Source: Candidatus Parcubacteria bacterium
Lineage (GTDB): Bacteria > Patescibacteriota > Minisyncoccia > Phycocordibacterales > UBA5272
NCBI GenBank assembly: GCA_039796775.1
Contig: JBDKJD010000002.1
Location: 76,574 to 140,573 of the forward strand
Direction: 5' to 3'
Length of the DNA: 64,000 bases
This document shows positions 1 through 10,284 of the stretch, piece after piece (the first letter of the stretch is position 1; every line of letters starts with the position of its first letter). The position numbers and the translations under genes are program-made. The notes beneath the pieces were generated by a model. The model searched no databases, was not told where the DNA came from, and was given only the letters and a program-made list of their open reading frames with translations.

Positions 1-1220
1 TTATTTTGCACATGGATGGGGATGCCTTTTTCGTAGCGGTGGAAGTGGCCAAGAATCCGAAGCTCAAAGGGCTACCTGTTGTTACTGGTGCTGAGAGGGG
101 GATAGCATCAGCTTTTTCGTATGAAGCAAAGGCGCTCGGCATTACTCGTGCGATGCCGATACAAAAGATAAAGAGACAGTTCCCGCAGGTCATCGTACTC
201 GATGGTGACTACAAATCATACAGTAAGTATTCTCGGGCGATGTTCGATATCGTGCGTAGGTACGCAGATGACGTAGAGGAGTACAGTATCGATGAATGCT
301 TCGCAGAGTTAACCGGACTAGATAAGCCTCTTAAGATGACGTATCTAGAAATAGCTGAGCGCATCAAGAAGGAAGTGAATGAAGAGCTTGGGCTCTCGGT
401 AACAATTGGCATGGCTCCGACGAAGGTACTCGCAAAGGTCGCGTCCAAGTGGGTGAAGCCAAACGGCCTCACTGTTATCACCGTAGACACAGCGAGTGAT
501 TTCTTGAAGACGTTTCCTGTCGAGAAGGTGTGGGGCATTGGTCCGAAGACCGCGGAGAGTCTCAAGAGAAAGGGGGTTCTTACGGCGAATGACTTTGTAT
601 CCAAAGATGAGAGGTGGGTGAATGCGAACTTTTCTAGTAACTACCTTGATCTGTGGAAAGAGCTTCGTGGAATATCGGTGATGAAGGTCAATCAAGAGAT
701 GAAGTCATCGTACTCCTCGATACAGCGAATGCATACCTTTCACCCAGCAACTGACGATACAAAGTTCCTTCTCATGCAGCTATCGAAACATGTCGAAGAT
801 GTCTGTGCTCAAGCAAGGCGTTATTCGCTCGTACCGAAGAAGTTCATGATCGTACTGCGCGACAAGACACTCAGATTCTCGCAGCTACCTGTGACACTGC
901 ACGAACCAACGAATGCCCCAGAGATTATCCTCGGTCTGGTCCAAGAAAAGTTGGGCGAGCTTTTGGTAAAGGGGATGACGTACCGTGCGACTGGTATCAC
1001 CTTACAGAACCTCAGCAAGAAGAACGATGTGCAGACGACACTTTTTGATCTCGCAGATACCAAGAGTGACAAGTTCGAGGAGATACATAAATCGCTCGAC
1101 GCTCTCGAGAATAAGTTCGGCAAGCATGTGGTGCATCTCGCATCTACCCAAGGCGCCTTGAAACATATGACCGAGGAGATTGATGTGGAAGGCCTAGATA
1201 GAAGCCTTTTGTTTACATAG
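1..1220 (+). CDS. dinB: DNA polymerase IV (Y-family, DinB), 5'-truncated by window edge
   Basis: Translation has Y-family motifs (DGDAFFVAVE..., SIDECF, GIGPKT); frame is open to nt 1. Confidence 0.85.
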   Translation, partial: ILHMDGDAFFVAVEVAKNPKLKGLPVVTGAERGIASAFSYEAKALGITRAMPIQKIKRQFPQVIVLDGDYKSYSKYSRAMFDIVRRYADDVEEYSIDECFAELTGLDKPLKMTYLEIAERIKKEVNEELGLSVTIGMAPTKVLAKVASKWVKPNGLTVITVDTASDFLKTFPVEKVWGIGPKTAESLKRKGVLTANDFVSKDERWVNANFSSNYLDLWKELRGISVMKVNQEMKSSYSSIQRMHTFHPATDDTKFLLMQLSKHVEDVCAQARRYSLVPKKFMIVLRDKTLRFSQLPVTLHEPTNAPEIILGLVQEKLGELLVKGMTYRATGITLQNLSKKNDVQTTLFDLADTKSDKFEEIHKSLDALENKFGKHVVHLASTQGALKHMTEEIDVEGLDRSLLFT

Positions 1221-1264
1221 CTAGCACTTTTCTTTTGTTAAAGCAGGCATGATATAGTAGATAC

Positions 1265-1585
1265 ATGAAGAAAATCTTTGGCACAGTCCTCGCCCTTATT
1301 ATTATTGCAGCTGGTTTGTACTCTTATTTTATTTTAGGTAATCAAATGCGTGCCTCACGCGGTATCTCAAAAGGAGAAGACTACGCTTCCAAGATGTACA
1401 GTGATTATGCAATCGTTGGGAAGAACTGTCAGGGAGAAGATTCTAATGGTGACGGATATATTACGTGTAATCTAAGATTAAAGAGTGCTACAAACGAGAA
1501 GACTGTAACTCTCCAGTGTCCGACATTTATAAAAAGCTTTATGGCGACTAGTTGTAAGGAGCAGGGCATCGTGATTAGTCAGTAG
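1265..1585 (+). CDS. small hypothetical protein with N-terminal TM/signal segment, Cys-containing
   Basis: ORF with hydrophobic N-terminus; hairpin terminator follows at 1601-1640. Confidence 0.35.
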   Translation: MKKIFGTVLALIIIAAGLYSYFILGNQMRASRGISKGEDYASKMYSDYAIVGKNCQGEDSNGDGYITCNLRLKSATNEKTVTLQCPTFIKSFMATSCKEQGIVISQ

Positions 1586-1600
1586 ATACAGGGTGAAAGA

Positions 1601-1640
1601 AAAGAGCGAGGGCGAAGGCATCGCTCTTTTCTTTCTTTGA
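1601..1640 (+). terminator. rho-independent terminator
   Basis: aaagagcga-loop-tcgctcttt followed by T-run. Confidence 0.5.
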
Positions 1641-1663
1641 TACTTCGGTGTTAGAATAAAAAT

Positions 1664-2644
1664 ATGAAAAAGATCGTGACAGTTGGAGGAGGAACTGGAA
1701 GTTTTACAGTATTATCTGGGATTAAGAACATTCCGCATATTTCTATCACAGCGCTTGTCTCCATGGCGGACGACGGTGGTTCGACAGGGGTTCTTAGAGA
1801 TGAGCTCGGTGTATTGCCTCCAGGAGATGTGCGTCAATGTTTAGTAGCTCTTTCTGAGCATTCAGACATTGTTCGTAAGCTTATGAGTTACCGATTCCAT
1901 GAAGGATCCCTTTCAGGGCATAGTTTTGGTAATATCTTTCTCGCAGCACTTGAGAAAGTATCAGGGGACTTTGTTCATGGAATACAGGTCGCATCTGAAA
2001 TCTTGAAAGTAAAAGGAAGTGTCGCCCCAGTAACGAGCAATAAAGCTGATCTCATTATTTTGCTCAAGAATAATAGATTATTAATAGGAGAAGATGAGCT
2101 CAATCATTCTAACATACAAGAGGTTGGTATTGAGAAAATGTTTTATAAACAAGAAGTTGTTCTTAACGATCATGCAAGAAAGGCGATATTAGAAGCAGAC
2201 TATATTATTCTTGGCCCAGGTAATTATTATTGCTCACTCGTCCCTTGTCTTATTGTTGAAGGGATGAAAGAGGTTCTTCATGAAACATCTGCGAAGATTA
2301 TATTCCCAGCGAATCTCACCAACAAACATGGTCATACCATGGGGTGGAAAATAACTGACTATGTTAAAGATATAGAATCATATATAGGCAAGGAGGTTGA
2401 TTGTGTACTCATTAATAATGAATCTCCTACACAAGAGCAAATAGACGCATACAAAATAGAAGAAGGAGATGGTGTGATGGTACTTGATGATTATGACAAA
2501 GATAATGCCGTAAGACAGCCACTTCTTTCTCATACGGTTATTCAAAAAATAGAAGGAGATGCCATTCATTCAGTGAGAAGTTTCATTAGACATGATTCAC
2601 ATAAATTAAAAGAATCAATAGATACTATTATTTTTTCTTCATAG
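1664..2644 (+). CDS. yvcK: YvcK/CofD-like gluconeogenesis factor (UPF0052 family)
   Basis: N-terminus MKKIVTVGGGTGSFTVLSGIK...DDGGSTGVLRDELGVLPPGDVRQCLVAL closely matches B. subtilis YvcK motifs. Confidence 0.85.
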   Translation: MKKIVTVGGGTGSFTVLSGIKNIPHISITALVSMADDGGSTGVLRDELGVLPPGDVRQCLVALSEHSDIVRKLMSYRFHEGSLSGHSFGNIFLAALEKVSGDFVHGIQVASEILKVKGSVAPVTSNKADLIILLKNNRLLIGEDELNHSNIQEVGIEKMFYKQEVVLNDHARKAILEADYIILGPGNYYCSLVPCLIVEGMKEVLHETSAKIIFPANLTNKHGHTMGWKITDYVKDIESYIGKEVDCVLINNESPTQEQIDAYKIEEGDGVMVLDDYDKDNAVRQPLLSHTVIQKIEGDAIHSVRSFIRHDSHKLKESIDTIIFSS

Positions 2645-2645
2645 T

Positions 2646-3269
2646 ATGAAATTAGTTTTGGATTTTGACGATGTGATATTTAATGCCAAAGCGTTCAAAG
2701 AACTTATGTTTTTCTATTTAGCTGAAAGAGGTATCAGGAACGCGAAGGAGGTGTACGAACAGATGAGGCAGAGAGAAAGGGCGTTCTCGGTTATTCGTTA
2801 TCTTGATGAGTTGGGGATTAAAGAAGAAGAAGAAAGGGACGAAGTATATGAAGGCATTATGACCCCATGCGTCTGGCTTGCGAATAAAGAAGTGATTGCA
2901 TTAATGGAGCAGATCGGGAAAGAAAACATATTCATTCTCTCCCAAGGAGATGGAGCTTTTCAAAGAGATAAGATAGAAAGATCTCTTGGTGGTAACGTCT
3001 TAGGAAGTCATGTAGTCGTCGTTCCTGAGTCTAAAACAGAAGAATTAAAAAGAATCTGTCACATGTTTAATACTGAAGAAGTTATTTTTGTTGACGATAA
3101 GGTTGAATTTTTAAATGCAATACCAGTAACTAATATCCAGAATCTAAAAACAGTATTATTTAATGAGAATGGATTAGATACATTGCGTTCAGAGATTAGA
3201 GAATCAAGAAGATTAGAGCAAGAAAGAGCAAATCAAGAGCGTAACACCAAGGGCCCGACAATGAGATAG
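2646..3269 (+). CDS. HAD-superfamily hydrolase-like protein
   Basis: [10 protein letters not shown] (DxD motif I) and VIFVDDK (motif IV-like). Confidence 0.4.
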   Translation: MKLVLDFDDVIFNAKAFKELMFFYLAERGIRNAKEVYEQMRQRERAFSVIRYLDELGIKEEEERDEVYEGIMTPCVWLANKEVIALMEQIGKENIFILSQGDGAFQRDKIERSLGGNVLGSHVVVVPESKTEELKRICHMFNTEEVIFVDDKVEFLNAIPVTNIQNLKTVLFNENGLDTLRSEIRESRRLEQERANQERNTKGPTMR

Positions 3270-3288
3270 TTTTGCTATACTGGTTCTT

Positions 3289-3900
3289 ATGAAAATTACT
3301 ATGTATACAGATGGGTCAAGCAGGGGGAATCCAGGACCGGGGGGATGGGGGGCAATTTTAATCATCAATAGACAAGAGACAGCAGACAATAGAGAATACG
3401 AAGATGTGGATGAAGTGATAGAACTCGGTGGAGGAGAGAAATTAACGACAAATAACAGAATGGAATTAATGGGAGCGATCGAAGGCCTAGGACATGTCAC
3501 TAGTTACTCGTCACTAGTTACTGATGAATCAGGAGAAAAACTACAAGCTAGTAACTACAAGCTAGTAACTAGTGTTGAGGTGTGTACTGATAGTGAGTAT
3601 GTGAAGAAGGGGATAACTGAATGGATTAATGGATGGATTGCGAAGGGATGGAAGACATCAACCAAGAAGCCTGTACTCAATCAAGACTTGTGGGAACAAT
3701 TATATAAAGAAGAGAAGCGTCTAAAAGACGCTGGAGTAAAAGTCGTTTGGACATATGTTCCTGGTCATGCTGGTATTCCCTTAAATGAAAGAGCAGATGT
3801 TATCGCTACTTCGTATGCCGATGAAGAGATAGAGAAAGGTGCGAGTAATTTGCAACTTTATCGAGGATCAAAAGAAGCATACTCTCATCTTCACGAATAA
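3289..3900 (+). CDS. rnhA: ribonuclease HI
   Basis: [45 protein letters not shown] catalytic motifs. Confidence 0.8.
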   Translation: MKITMYTDGSSRGNPGPGGWGAILIINRQETADNREYEDVDEVIELGGGEKLTTNNRMELMGAIEGLGHVTSYSSLVTDESGEKLQASNYKLVTSVEVCTDSEYVKKGITEWINGWIAKGWKTSTKKPVLNQDLWEQLYKEEKRLKDAGVKVVWTYVPGHAGIPLNERADVIATSYADEEIEKGASNLQLYRGSKEAYSHLHE

Positions 3901-3908
3901 CATTTTTC

Positions 3909-5411
3909 ATGCGAGCACATCTCAAAGTATTACTTGCTTGCTTTGGAATAATACTTGGAATCATTAGTGGATTATTGTCACCACTTTCTACAGAGCTTTT
4001 TATACTAGGAGCTTTAGGGACGGTTGTATCGTTTGTTGTTTATGTAATCAGTCTCTCGTATCAACATCGTTCACAGGTGGCGATTGTAACCAGTATAGTT
4101 TTATTTTGTTTTTGTGTTGGAATAGTGCGGACACAATTAATAGAAGAGAAGAGTGTTTTGTCGTGCGAGACCACATGCTCGTTTAAGGGAGAGATAATTT
4201 CTCTTGTAGAAGAAAAGGATGACAAACAAGTAATAGTCATTCAAGAAGAAGGCGGAGAATTATATGATGTGATGATACGTGTTCCGCTTTATCCAGCCTT
4301 TCAAAAAGGTGACACAGTGTCTGTAGAGGGAAGTACAAAAAAAGTAACACAACACTACGTGGGGGTTAATCAAAAAGTTTTTGATTATGAAAATTTTTTA
4401 TTATCCAAAGGTATTGGATCTCAAATGATGTATCCAAAAGTCTCTCTTGTTGAAAAGAGGGGGAATTCTTTTTTGCACAGATTATATTCTTTTAGAGATG
4501 CTTTACATGTAAGAGTTGTAGAGATGGTGCAAGGTGTTGAAGGGGTGATAGCATCCGGGATGTTACTCGGGAGTGCGACTCTCTATGATGATGAAAAAGA
4601 ATTATTTAGGATAGCAGGACTCAGTCATATTATCGTATTATCTGGATTCAATATATCGATACTCATCATCGCGCTCTTTGTGATATTACGCATGCTTCCG
4701 GTGCCTCTTCGAGTTATTGCATCTCTCTTTGTGATTGCGATTTTCATCATTATGGTTGAAGGTGGAATAAGTGTCATACGTGCCGCACTCATGTCTTTTG
4801 TGGCGCTTACTGCTTTTGCTTTAGGGAAGCGCTACTTTGCTTCCCAAGCATTACTCTTATCTGCGATCGCGATAGTGATATATTCTCCCCCACTACTTCT
4901 GTATGATGTTTCTTTTCATCTTTCTTTTTTGGCAACCGCTGGAATTATTTATTTGTATGACATGATACACACTCGTCTTTACGCAATGCCTGAGCTAATG
5001 CGTACAGTTGTAGCAACTACAGTCGCTGCATATATCAGTACTACACCATATCTCATCTACACATTCGAATCATTGTCTACGTATTCTGTTATCGCGAATA
5101 TTTTTGTAGTGCCGCTTGTGCCAATTGCGATGCTTATGACACTTATAACAGTAGTTGTCTCTTATGTCTCTTTGTCCTTTGCTACTGTATTTGGCTTTTT
5201 GACTTCATGTAGTATTGCGCTCATTGTTGCTGTATCAAAAGTGATTAGTATGATGCCATTTGCTACGATCTCACTGTCGATTGGATTGTTGGAGATGAGT
5301 ATTGTGTACCTGAGCATTATTCTTGTTTATGTGTTTCTCGTAACAAGAACGAATAATGAAACAACAGAAACAAAACAAGGAGAAACCATTTCCTCGATTA
5401 TCTCCTTTTAA
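3909..5411 (+). CDS. comEC: ComEC/Rec2-family competence membrane protein (membrane/competence domain only)
   Basis: Polytopic membrane protein; GLSHIIVLSGFNISIL matches the ComEC competence-domain signature. Confidence 0.7.
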   Translation: MRAHLKVLLACFGIILGIISGLLSPLSTELFILGALGTVVSFVVYVISLSYQHRSQVAIVTSIVLFCFCVGIVRTQLIEEKSVLSCETTCSFKGEIISLVEEKDDKQVIVIQEEGGELYDVMIRVPLYPAFQKGDTVSVEGSTKKVTQHYVGVNQKVFDYENFLLSKGIGSQMMYPKVSLVEKRGNSFLHRLYSFRDALHVRVVEMVQGVEGVIASGMLLGSATLYDDEKELFRIAGLSHIIVLSGFNISILIIALFVILRMLPVPLRVIASLFVIAIFIIMVEGGISVIRAALMSFVALTAFALGKRYFASQALLLSAIAIVIYSPPLLLYDVSFHLSFLATAGIIYLYDMIHTRLYAMPELMRTVVATTVAAYISTTPYLIYTFESLSTYSVIANIFVVPLVPIAMLMTLITVVVSYVSLSFATVFGFLTSCSIALIVAVSKVISMMPFATISLSIGLLEMSIVYLSIILVYVFLVTRTNNETTETKQGETISSIISF

Positions 5412-5420
5412 TATAAGGTT

Positions 5421-5996
5421 TTATTTGTTCTCCAGTTTTTGATACTTTTTGTAGAGAATGAAGATGATGAGCGTTGCTATAGAAAGTGAAACGATAGGAA
5501 GATAGGTGAGTGATACATTTTTGCCAAAGAAATATCCAATACTGATGAGTAACCCTCCCCAAATAAAAGAGGTGAATAAGAAAATGAAGAACATGATGAG
5601 GTTTCTTATTTTGGATAGCCCTGCGATGATAGGAACGAATACTTTTAATGATGGTATAAGCTTGGCGATGAATAGCCACCAAATGCCTTTTTGGTCAAAA
5701 AGTTTTTTTATTATGGAGTGACCTTTTTCAAATGTTGCATCATCCATAAGAAGTAGTTTTTGAGCGAGAGGCTTGTCATACTTTTTGATGAGGAGAAACG
5801 ATATCATATTCCCAAGTGTATTCCCAAGAGCTCCCGCTATGAGGCTTGGCACAAAAAGAAGTGGAGATGTAGCGATGAGGAATCCAACCAAGAGGTAGAG
5901 GATTTGTGAAGAAGGGAAGTTGACTACACCGTTTAATGTCATGAGAACAAAAATTCCTATATAAGAAAAATTGATGAGTATTGTTTCGAGTTCCAT
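5421..5996 (-). CDS. DedA/SNARE-associated family membrane protein
   Basis: DedA-like conserved N-terminal region and TM pattern. Confidence 0.65.
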   Translation of the reverse strand: MELETILINFSYIGIFVLMTLNGVVNFPSSQILYLLVGFLIATSPLLFVPSLIAGALGNTLGNMISFLLIKKYDKPLAQKLLLMDDATFEKGHSIIKKLFDQKGIWWLFIAKLIPSLKVFVPIIAGLSKIRNLIMFFIFLFTSFIWGGLLISIGYFFGKNVSLTYLPIVSLSIATLIIFILYKKYQKLENK

Positions 5997-6086
5997 AGGA
6001 GACAGTATATAGTTAGTGGCTATTTGTTACTAGTTTTTGAACTCAAACCTACTGACGTCTCTCCATAGAGTGATATCATATATGAT

Positions 6087-6983
6087 ATGAATCTTCCCGA
6101 CAAAGAAGTGATGGAATTTGTAAGAGAGAACAGTAAGACACTAATTGCTTCTATGTTCATCAGTATGATTACTCTTCTCTCTTATTATACCTTTGAAGAA
6201 GTGAAGCCAAAGAATCTACGCGTTACCTTTTTTGATGTTGGACAAGGTGATGCTGTCTTTGTCGAAACTCCATCCGGGAAACAAATACTCATTGACGGCG
6301 GGAGAAGTAATTATGTGAGAAGATTACTCTCACAAGAAATGTCATTTTTTGATAATTCTCTTGATGTGATTATCGCGACACATAATGATAGTGATCACAT
6401 CACAGGACTCGTCGAAGTGATTAGACATCTCGAAGTGAATCACATCCTTCTAGGGTCAGAAAAAAATGACGGAGAGATAACGAATGCTTTTTTGGAAGCA
6501 GTGAAAGAAGAAAGAGAAAGTGGAGCTACTGTCTGGCGAGCGATAAGAGGTATGACTATTGATATGGGTGATGACGTTATTCTCTATGTGCTTCATCCAA
6601 GAGAAGAAGTCTCGTATGACGATACTAATGATATGTCAGTGACAGTCCTTATGAAGTACAAAGAGCATTCATTTCTTTTGACAGGAGATTTGTCAAAAGA
6701 ATATGAGGCAGGGATTATCACGAGTGATATACCTAAGCAGGTGACTGTGTTTAAAGCAGGACATCATGGTAGTAATACTTCAAGCGGAGACCTTCTCCTC
6801 TCTCGTATACGTCCAGTCTACGGAGTGATCAGTGCTGGAGAGAATAATACATACGGACACCCGAGCCCAGCTGTTCTTGAGAGACTGCAAAAATTTGGAG
6901 CACGTATTCTCTCAACGATAGAGTATGGATCGATTAGCTTTGTAAGTGATGGGAGATTGATACAAGTTTTTTCAACAAAGTAA
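6087..6983 (+). CDS. membrane-anchored metallo-beta-lactamase-fold protein (ComEC C-terminal-like domain as a separate gene)
   Basis: FFDVGQGDAVFV, ATHNDSDHITG, AGHHGS, YGHPSP motifs typical of the ComEC MBL domain. Confidence 0.7.
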   Translation: MNLPDKEVMEFVRENSKTLIASMFISMITLLSYYTFEEVKPKNLRVTFFDVGQGDAVFVETPSGKQILIDGGRSNYVRRLLSQEMSFFDNSLDVIIATHNDSDHITGLVEVIRHLEVNHILLGSEKNDGEITNAFLEAVKEERESGATVWRAIRGMTIDMGDDVILYVLHPREEVSYDDTNDMSVTVLMKYKEHSFLLTGDLSKEYEAGIITSDIPKQVTVFKAGHHGSNTSSGDLLLSRIRPVYGVISAGENNTYGHPSPAVLERLQKFGARILSTIEYGSISFVSDGRLIQVFSTK

Positions 6984-7095
6984 GTGATACGCAAGAGTTG
7001 TTATTAACGCGAGTCATTTGCAAGTAACATATAAAGATATTAACAAACAAAAAGAGCGCTTAGATAAGCGCTCCTATGAAAGAGGAAAACATATT

Positions 7096-7824
7096 TCACT
7101 CTTCTGTAAGTGTGAAGGTGAGTACGCCGCCCGGTAGTGATCCACACCAAGAGTTATCGATACGAATGAACTTCCCACTAGTATTACAGAACGTTGGTAA
7201 TTCCTCGAACATAAGCTCTATGCTTCCATCTTGATCGTCATATGCGGTCGCACGGAAGGTGGTCTTAGAGATTCCTAATTTAGTTGTCGGCGGTTTGTTC
7301 ACCAGAGTTCTTTTCCTGGCTTGTCCTTTTGAGAAAGGTAAAGGGGTAGCAAATTGGCATTCTCCAGCCCAGAGGGGCCAGTCGTCTACACCTTCTCCTG
7401 TCTGTTCTAAGCAACCAGTGAAGATAGACTGTTTGCGGTTATGAGTAAGTGTTCCACTAAGTAAGAGTTTCATAATAGATTTCTCCAATGAAGATAACTC
7501 AGGTTGAGATAACGGTTCGAATGTGCAGTGAAGAGCATTCTGGCATTGTCGGCCATATTGCAATTTCACAAATTGATTCTGGAAACTCAAGGTTGCTGTA
7601 AGTCTTCATCGTTTCAATGATTTTTTTACTTGCGATACACACCCCACCTTCTCTTTCTTTATTCGGTATAGCATACTCCCAAATATAGTAACCATCTAAC
7701 CCCATATTTGTCTGATTGTCTGGCTCTCCGAGAAGTTTCTTCACTTTGCCAAAGAATTCCCCACAATCAAAAGGTTCTTCTCTTTCTTTTGTGAAGGAAT
7801 AATTACTGGTACTGTTTTATTCAT
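7096..7824 (-). pseudogene. frameshifted gene, three consecutive frames (7824-7744, 7744-7499, 7590-7096) with SD+ATG at 7824; product unknown
   Basis: AGGAG-6nt-ATG at the 5' end; a -1 then a +1 compensating frameshift; third segment returns to the first frame. Confidence 0.3.
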
Positions 7825-7894
7825 CTCAAACTCCTTTCTTACTGCAATATGGTAAGATCTTTCTGGATTCTAGATGAATAGTGTATGAAAGTTA

Positions 7895-7926
7895 AAAGCG
7901 GCACCGTCAGGTGCCGCTTTTTTTAT
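7895..7926. terminator. bidirectional hairpin terminator, GUCAG loop, downstream of rpmB
   Basis: aaagcggcacc gtcag gtgccgcttttttt. Confidence 0.55.
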
Positions 7927-7936
7927 TGTTATCAAC

Positions 7937-8143
7937 CTACGCAAGCTTGATTTCGAGGTGGAGACCTCTTTTGATGCAAGAGGTGCAGATACGAATACGA
8001 GGACCATTAGGAATACGAGCCCATTGTAAGTTAGGGTATACACGGCGATTTCCGCAAGGGTTGAACTTGGTAGCACGAACAGAGTTAGAGTATTTTCCTA
8101 CTACTTTTGTTCCTTTTGCGCAGAGTGGACAGATGTTTGCCAT
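7937..8143 (-). CDS. rpmB: 50S ribosomal protein L28
   Basis: MANICPLCAKGTK...SNSVRATKFNPCGNRRVYPNLQ resembles the L28 pattern. Confidence 0.7.
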   Translation of the reverse strand: MANICPLCAKGTKVVGKYSNSVRATKFNPCGNRRVYPNLQWARIPNGPRIRICTSCIKRGLHLEIKLA

Positions 8144-8310
8144 AAATGGTTACTAGTTATTGGTTAAATAGTTATGATATATACATAATTATCATAACAA
8201 AAATTGTTTGATTATCTTACCATAAAGAGAGTTTTTTCGCAACATCGAACGGGTGGTCGTTAGATCGGGCTTTAGTGGGTGGGTGAGGTGTAGAACATAA
8301 AACAGAAGTC

Positions 8311-9021
8311 ATGAATCGATATATATCAAATACTGTACACATAGTATATATAAAAACCAGCATATACTTCCCCTCTACAGTCTATGGTATGCTGTTTCAT
8401 ATGATTGAACTACTCGCTGTTTCACCAAAGTTTTTTACTTTTATTATTGTTATTTTCTCAATTATTTTACATGAAATAGGTCATGGATATGCTGCTTTTG
8501 TGCAGGGAGACTATACAGCATATAGAGCAGGGCGTCTCACGCTTAATCCAATCCCCCATATTGACGTGATTGGGTCACTTGTTGTTCCGTTCCTTGCGTT
8601 TCTAACAGCATCGACATTTTTTGGTTGGGCAAAGCCCGTTCCATACAACCCTCATAATATAAAAACAAAGATAGGAGAAGCTTTTGTAGCATCAGCTGGG
8701 ATTTTGACCAATATTTTGATTGCGCTTGTGATGATGGGAGTCTTTATTATGCTTAAATCAAATAGCATCTTAAATGCTGAAGTGGCACAAGCGTTATTCA
8801 TCATTATCACTATTAATGTTTCACTTGCTTTCTTTAACTTGATACCTATTCCTCCGTTTGATGGAATGGCTATTATACAAGCACTTTTTCCTCGTATGCA
8901 TATAGACAATCGTTTCACCTTCAATCCTTTATATATGGTGATGGCTATTATTGTAGCTTCGGTTATCTATGCGATGTTCGCACCATATTTGTTTGATTTT
9001 ATAAGAGAGATACTCCTATAA
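8311..9021 (+). CDS. M50-family (site-2 protease-like) zinc metalloprotease; start may be internal (~8398)
   Basis: HEIGHG zinc motif followed by LTLNPIPHIDVIGS, multiple TM segments. Confidence 0.6.
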   Translation: MNRYISNTVHIVYIKTSIYFPSTVYGMLFHMIELLAVSPKFFTFIIVIFSIILHEIGHGYAAFVQGDYTAYRAGRLTLNPIPHIDVIGSLVVPFLAFLTASTFFGWAKPVPYNPHNIKTKIGEAFVASAGILTNILIALVMMGVFIMLKSNSILNAEVAQALFIIITINVSLAFFNLIPIPPFDGMAIIQALFPRMHIDNRFTFNPLYMVMAIIVASVIYAMFAPYLFDFIREILL

Positions 9022-9089
9022 TCAAAGCGCTGGAGAGTTATACACAATTTTGTCTTTTATAATGTCTTTTATATTGTACAATAAAAGAC

Positions 9090-9542
9090 ATGAAACAGTC
9101 TCGTGTCACCAAGCCAGTCAAAAAAGTGATACGTACCCGTACCAAAAAAACATTAGCGAGCTCTCTCTCTCGTCACGCGAAGATTCTGTGTAGAAGTTTA
9201 TTACTCTCAGGATTGTTCCAAAAATCAGTCAAGACTATTACTCTTATTATGTGCGTGTCTGTAGTTGGTTATAGTTCGTATCAATTCATCAGCAAAAGTT
9301 TCGCTTCAGATGTGGTTGTGTCTAAGAGTGAGATAATAAACAGAGTTTCAAAATTAGTCGAAGTGCCAGATACGAAGCCTTATAGTATTGTAAGAGTAGA
9401 AGACGCTGACCTTCTTAAAACTCAAAACGATTTTTATAAAGAAGTACAAGAAGGTGACTACATTATTATGTATAAAAATGTAGCGATTATTTATAATTTG
9501 CGTACAAATATGATTGTTTCGATGCGAAAAATAGGAGAATAG
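9090..9542 (+). CDS. hypothetical membrane-anchored protein, basic N-terminus
   Basis: ORF with one TM; no recognizable domain. Confidence 0.3.
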   Translation: MKQSRVTKPVKKVIRTRTKKTLASSLSRHAKILCRSLLLSGLFQKSVKTITLIMCVSVVGYSSYQFISKSFASDVVVSKSEIINRVSKLVEVPDTKPYSIVRVEDADLLKTQNDFYKEVQEGDYIIMYKNVAIIYNLRTNMIVSMRKIGE

Positions 9543-9575
9543 TGACAAATAATAGATACTTTTACTCAAACGCTC

Positions 9576-9604
9576 TTGCGCAAAAAGCTTTTCTTTGATA
9601 GTAT
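9576..9604 (+). promoter_or_regulatory. sigma70-like promoter TTGCGC-N17-(TGa)TAGTAT upstream of rpsL
   Basis: -35/-10 hexamers with 17-nt spacer and TGn extended -10. Confidence 0.4.
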
Positions 9605-9624
9605 AGTAGCTACTTTATTCATAT

Positions 9625-10065
9625 ATGCCAACAATCAGCCAACTCGTAAAGAAACCTCGAACAAAAGTGGTACGTAAGTCACGTTCTATTGCCATGACTC
9701 GTGGATTCAACTCTATTTTAAATAAACCTAACTTTTACAATTCTCCTTTTAAGAGAGGTGTTTGTACAAAAGTAACAACAACAACTCCTAAGAAGCCTAA
9801 CTCCGCGCTCCGTAAAATCGCTCGTGTTCGTCTCACTAATGGATTGGAAGTAACAGCATATATTCCAGGAGAGAAGCATAAGCTACAAGAACACTCAGTA
9901 GTTATACTTCGTGGTGGACGTGTGAAAGACTTGGCTGGTGTGCGTTATCATATCGTTCGTGGACGACTTGATGCAACAGGAGTAGATGCTCGTCGCCAGG
10001 GTCGCTCTCTTTATGGAGCTAAGCGTCCAAAGGCTGGAGCTGCTGCACCTGCGAAGAAGAAGTAG
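9625..10065 (+). CDS. rpsL: 30S ribosomal protein S12 (with ~13-aa insertion near N-terminus)
   Basis: [31 protein letters not shown]...[18 protein letters not shown]. Confidence 0.95.
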   Translation: MPTISQLVKKPRTKVVRKSRSIAMTRGFNSILNKPNFYNSPFKRGVCTKVTTTTPKKPNSALRKIARVRLTNGLEVTAYIPGEKHKLQEHSVVILRGGRVKDLAGVRYHIVRGRLDATGVDARRQGRSLYGAKRPKAGAAAPAKKK

Positions 10066-10118
10066 GGAACAGTTCTTAGTTCCTAGCCATTAGCTTTTAG
10101 CAAATACCATACTAATAC

Positions 10119-10148
10119 AAAAGCGCGACTGAAGGTCGCGCTTTTGAA
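10119..10148 (+). terminator. terminator after rpsL
   Basis: aagcgcgac tgaag gtcgcgctttt. Confidence 0.5.
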
Positions 10149-10200
10149 TTTCATTTGTTGCCCACTTTTTATTTTTTTATAGAGCGATATACTCATCCTC

Positions 10201-10284
10201 TAATGTCTAATGTCTAATGTCTAATGTCTAATGTCTAATGTCTAATGTCTAATGTCTAATGTCTAACGTCTAATGTCTAACATC
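10201..10284. repeat. heptanucleotide tandem repeat (TAATGTC)x12, last copies TAACGTC/TAACATC
   Basis: Perfect period-7 tandem array seen directly; overlaps the first ATG of the downstream nuclease gene. Confidence 0.95.

Noticed and set aside
5398-5721. ORFs 5398-5682(-) and 5506-5721(+)
   Set aside because: Overlap the DedA gene in alternative frames or strands; no start signals.
10201-10284. Tandem repeat considered as a CRISPR array
   Set aside because: Period is 7 nt with no spacers; it is a simple microsatellite, and no cas genes are nearby.
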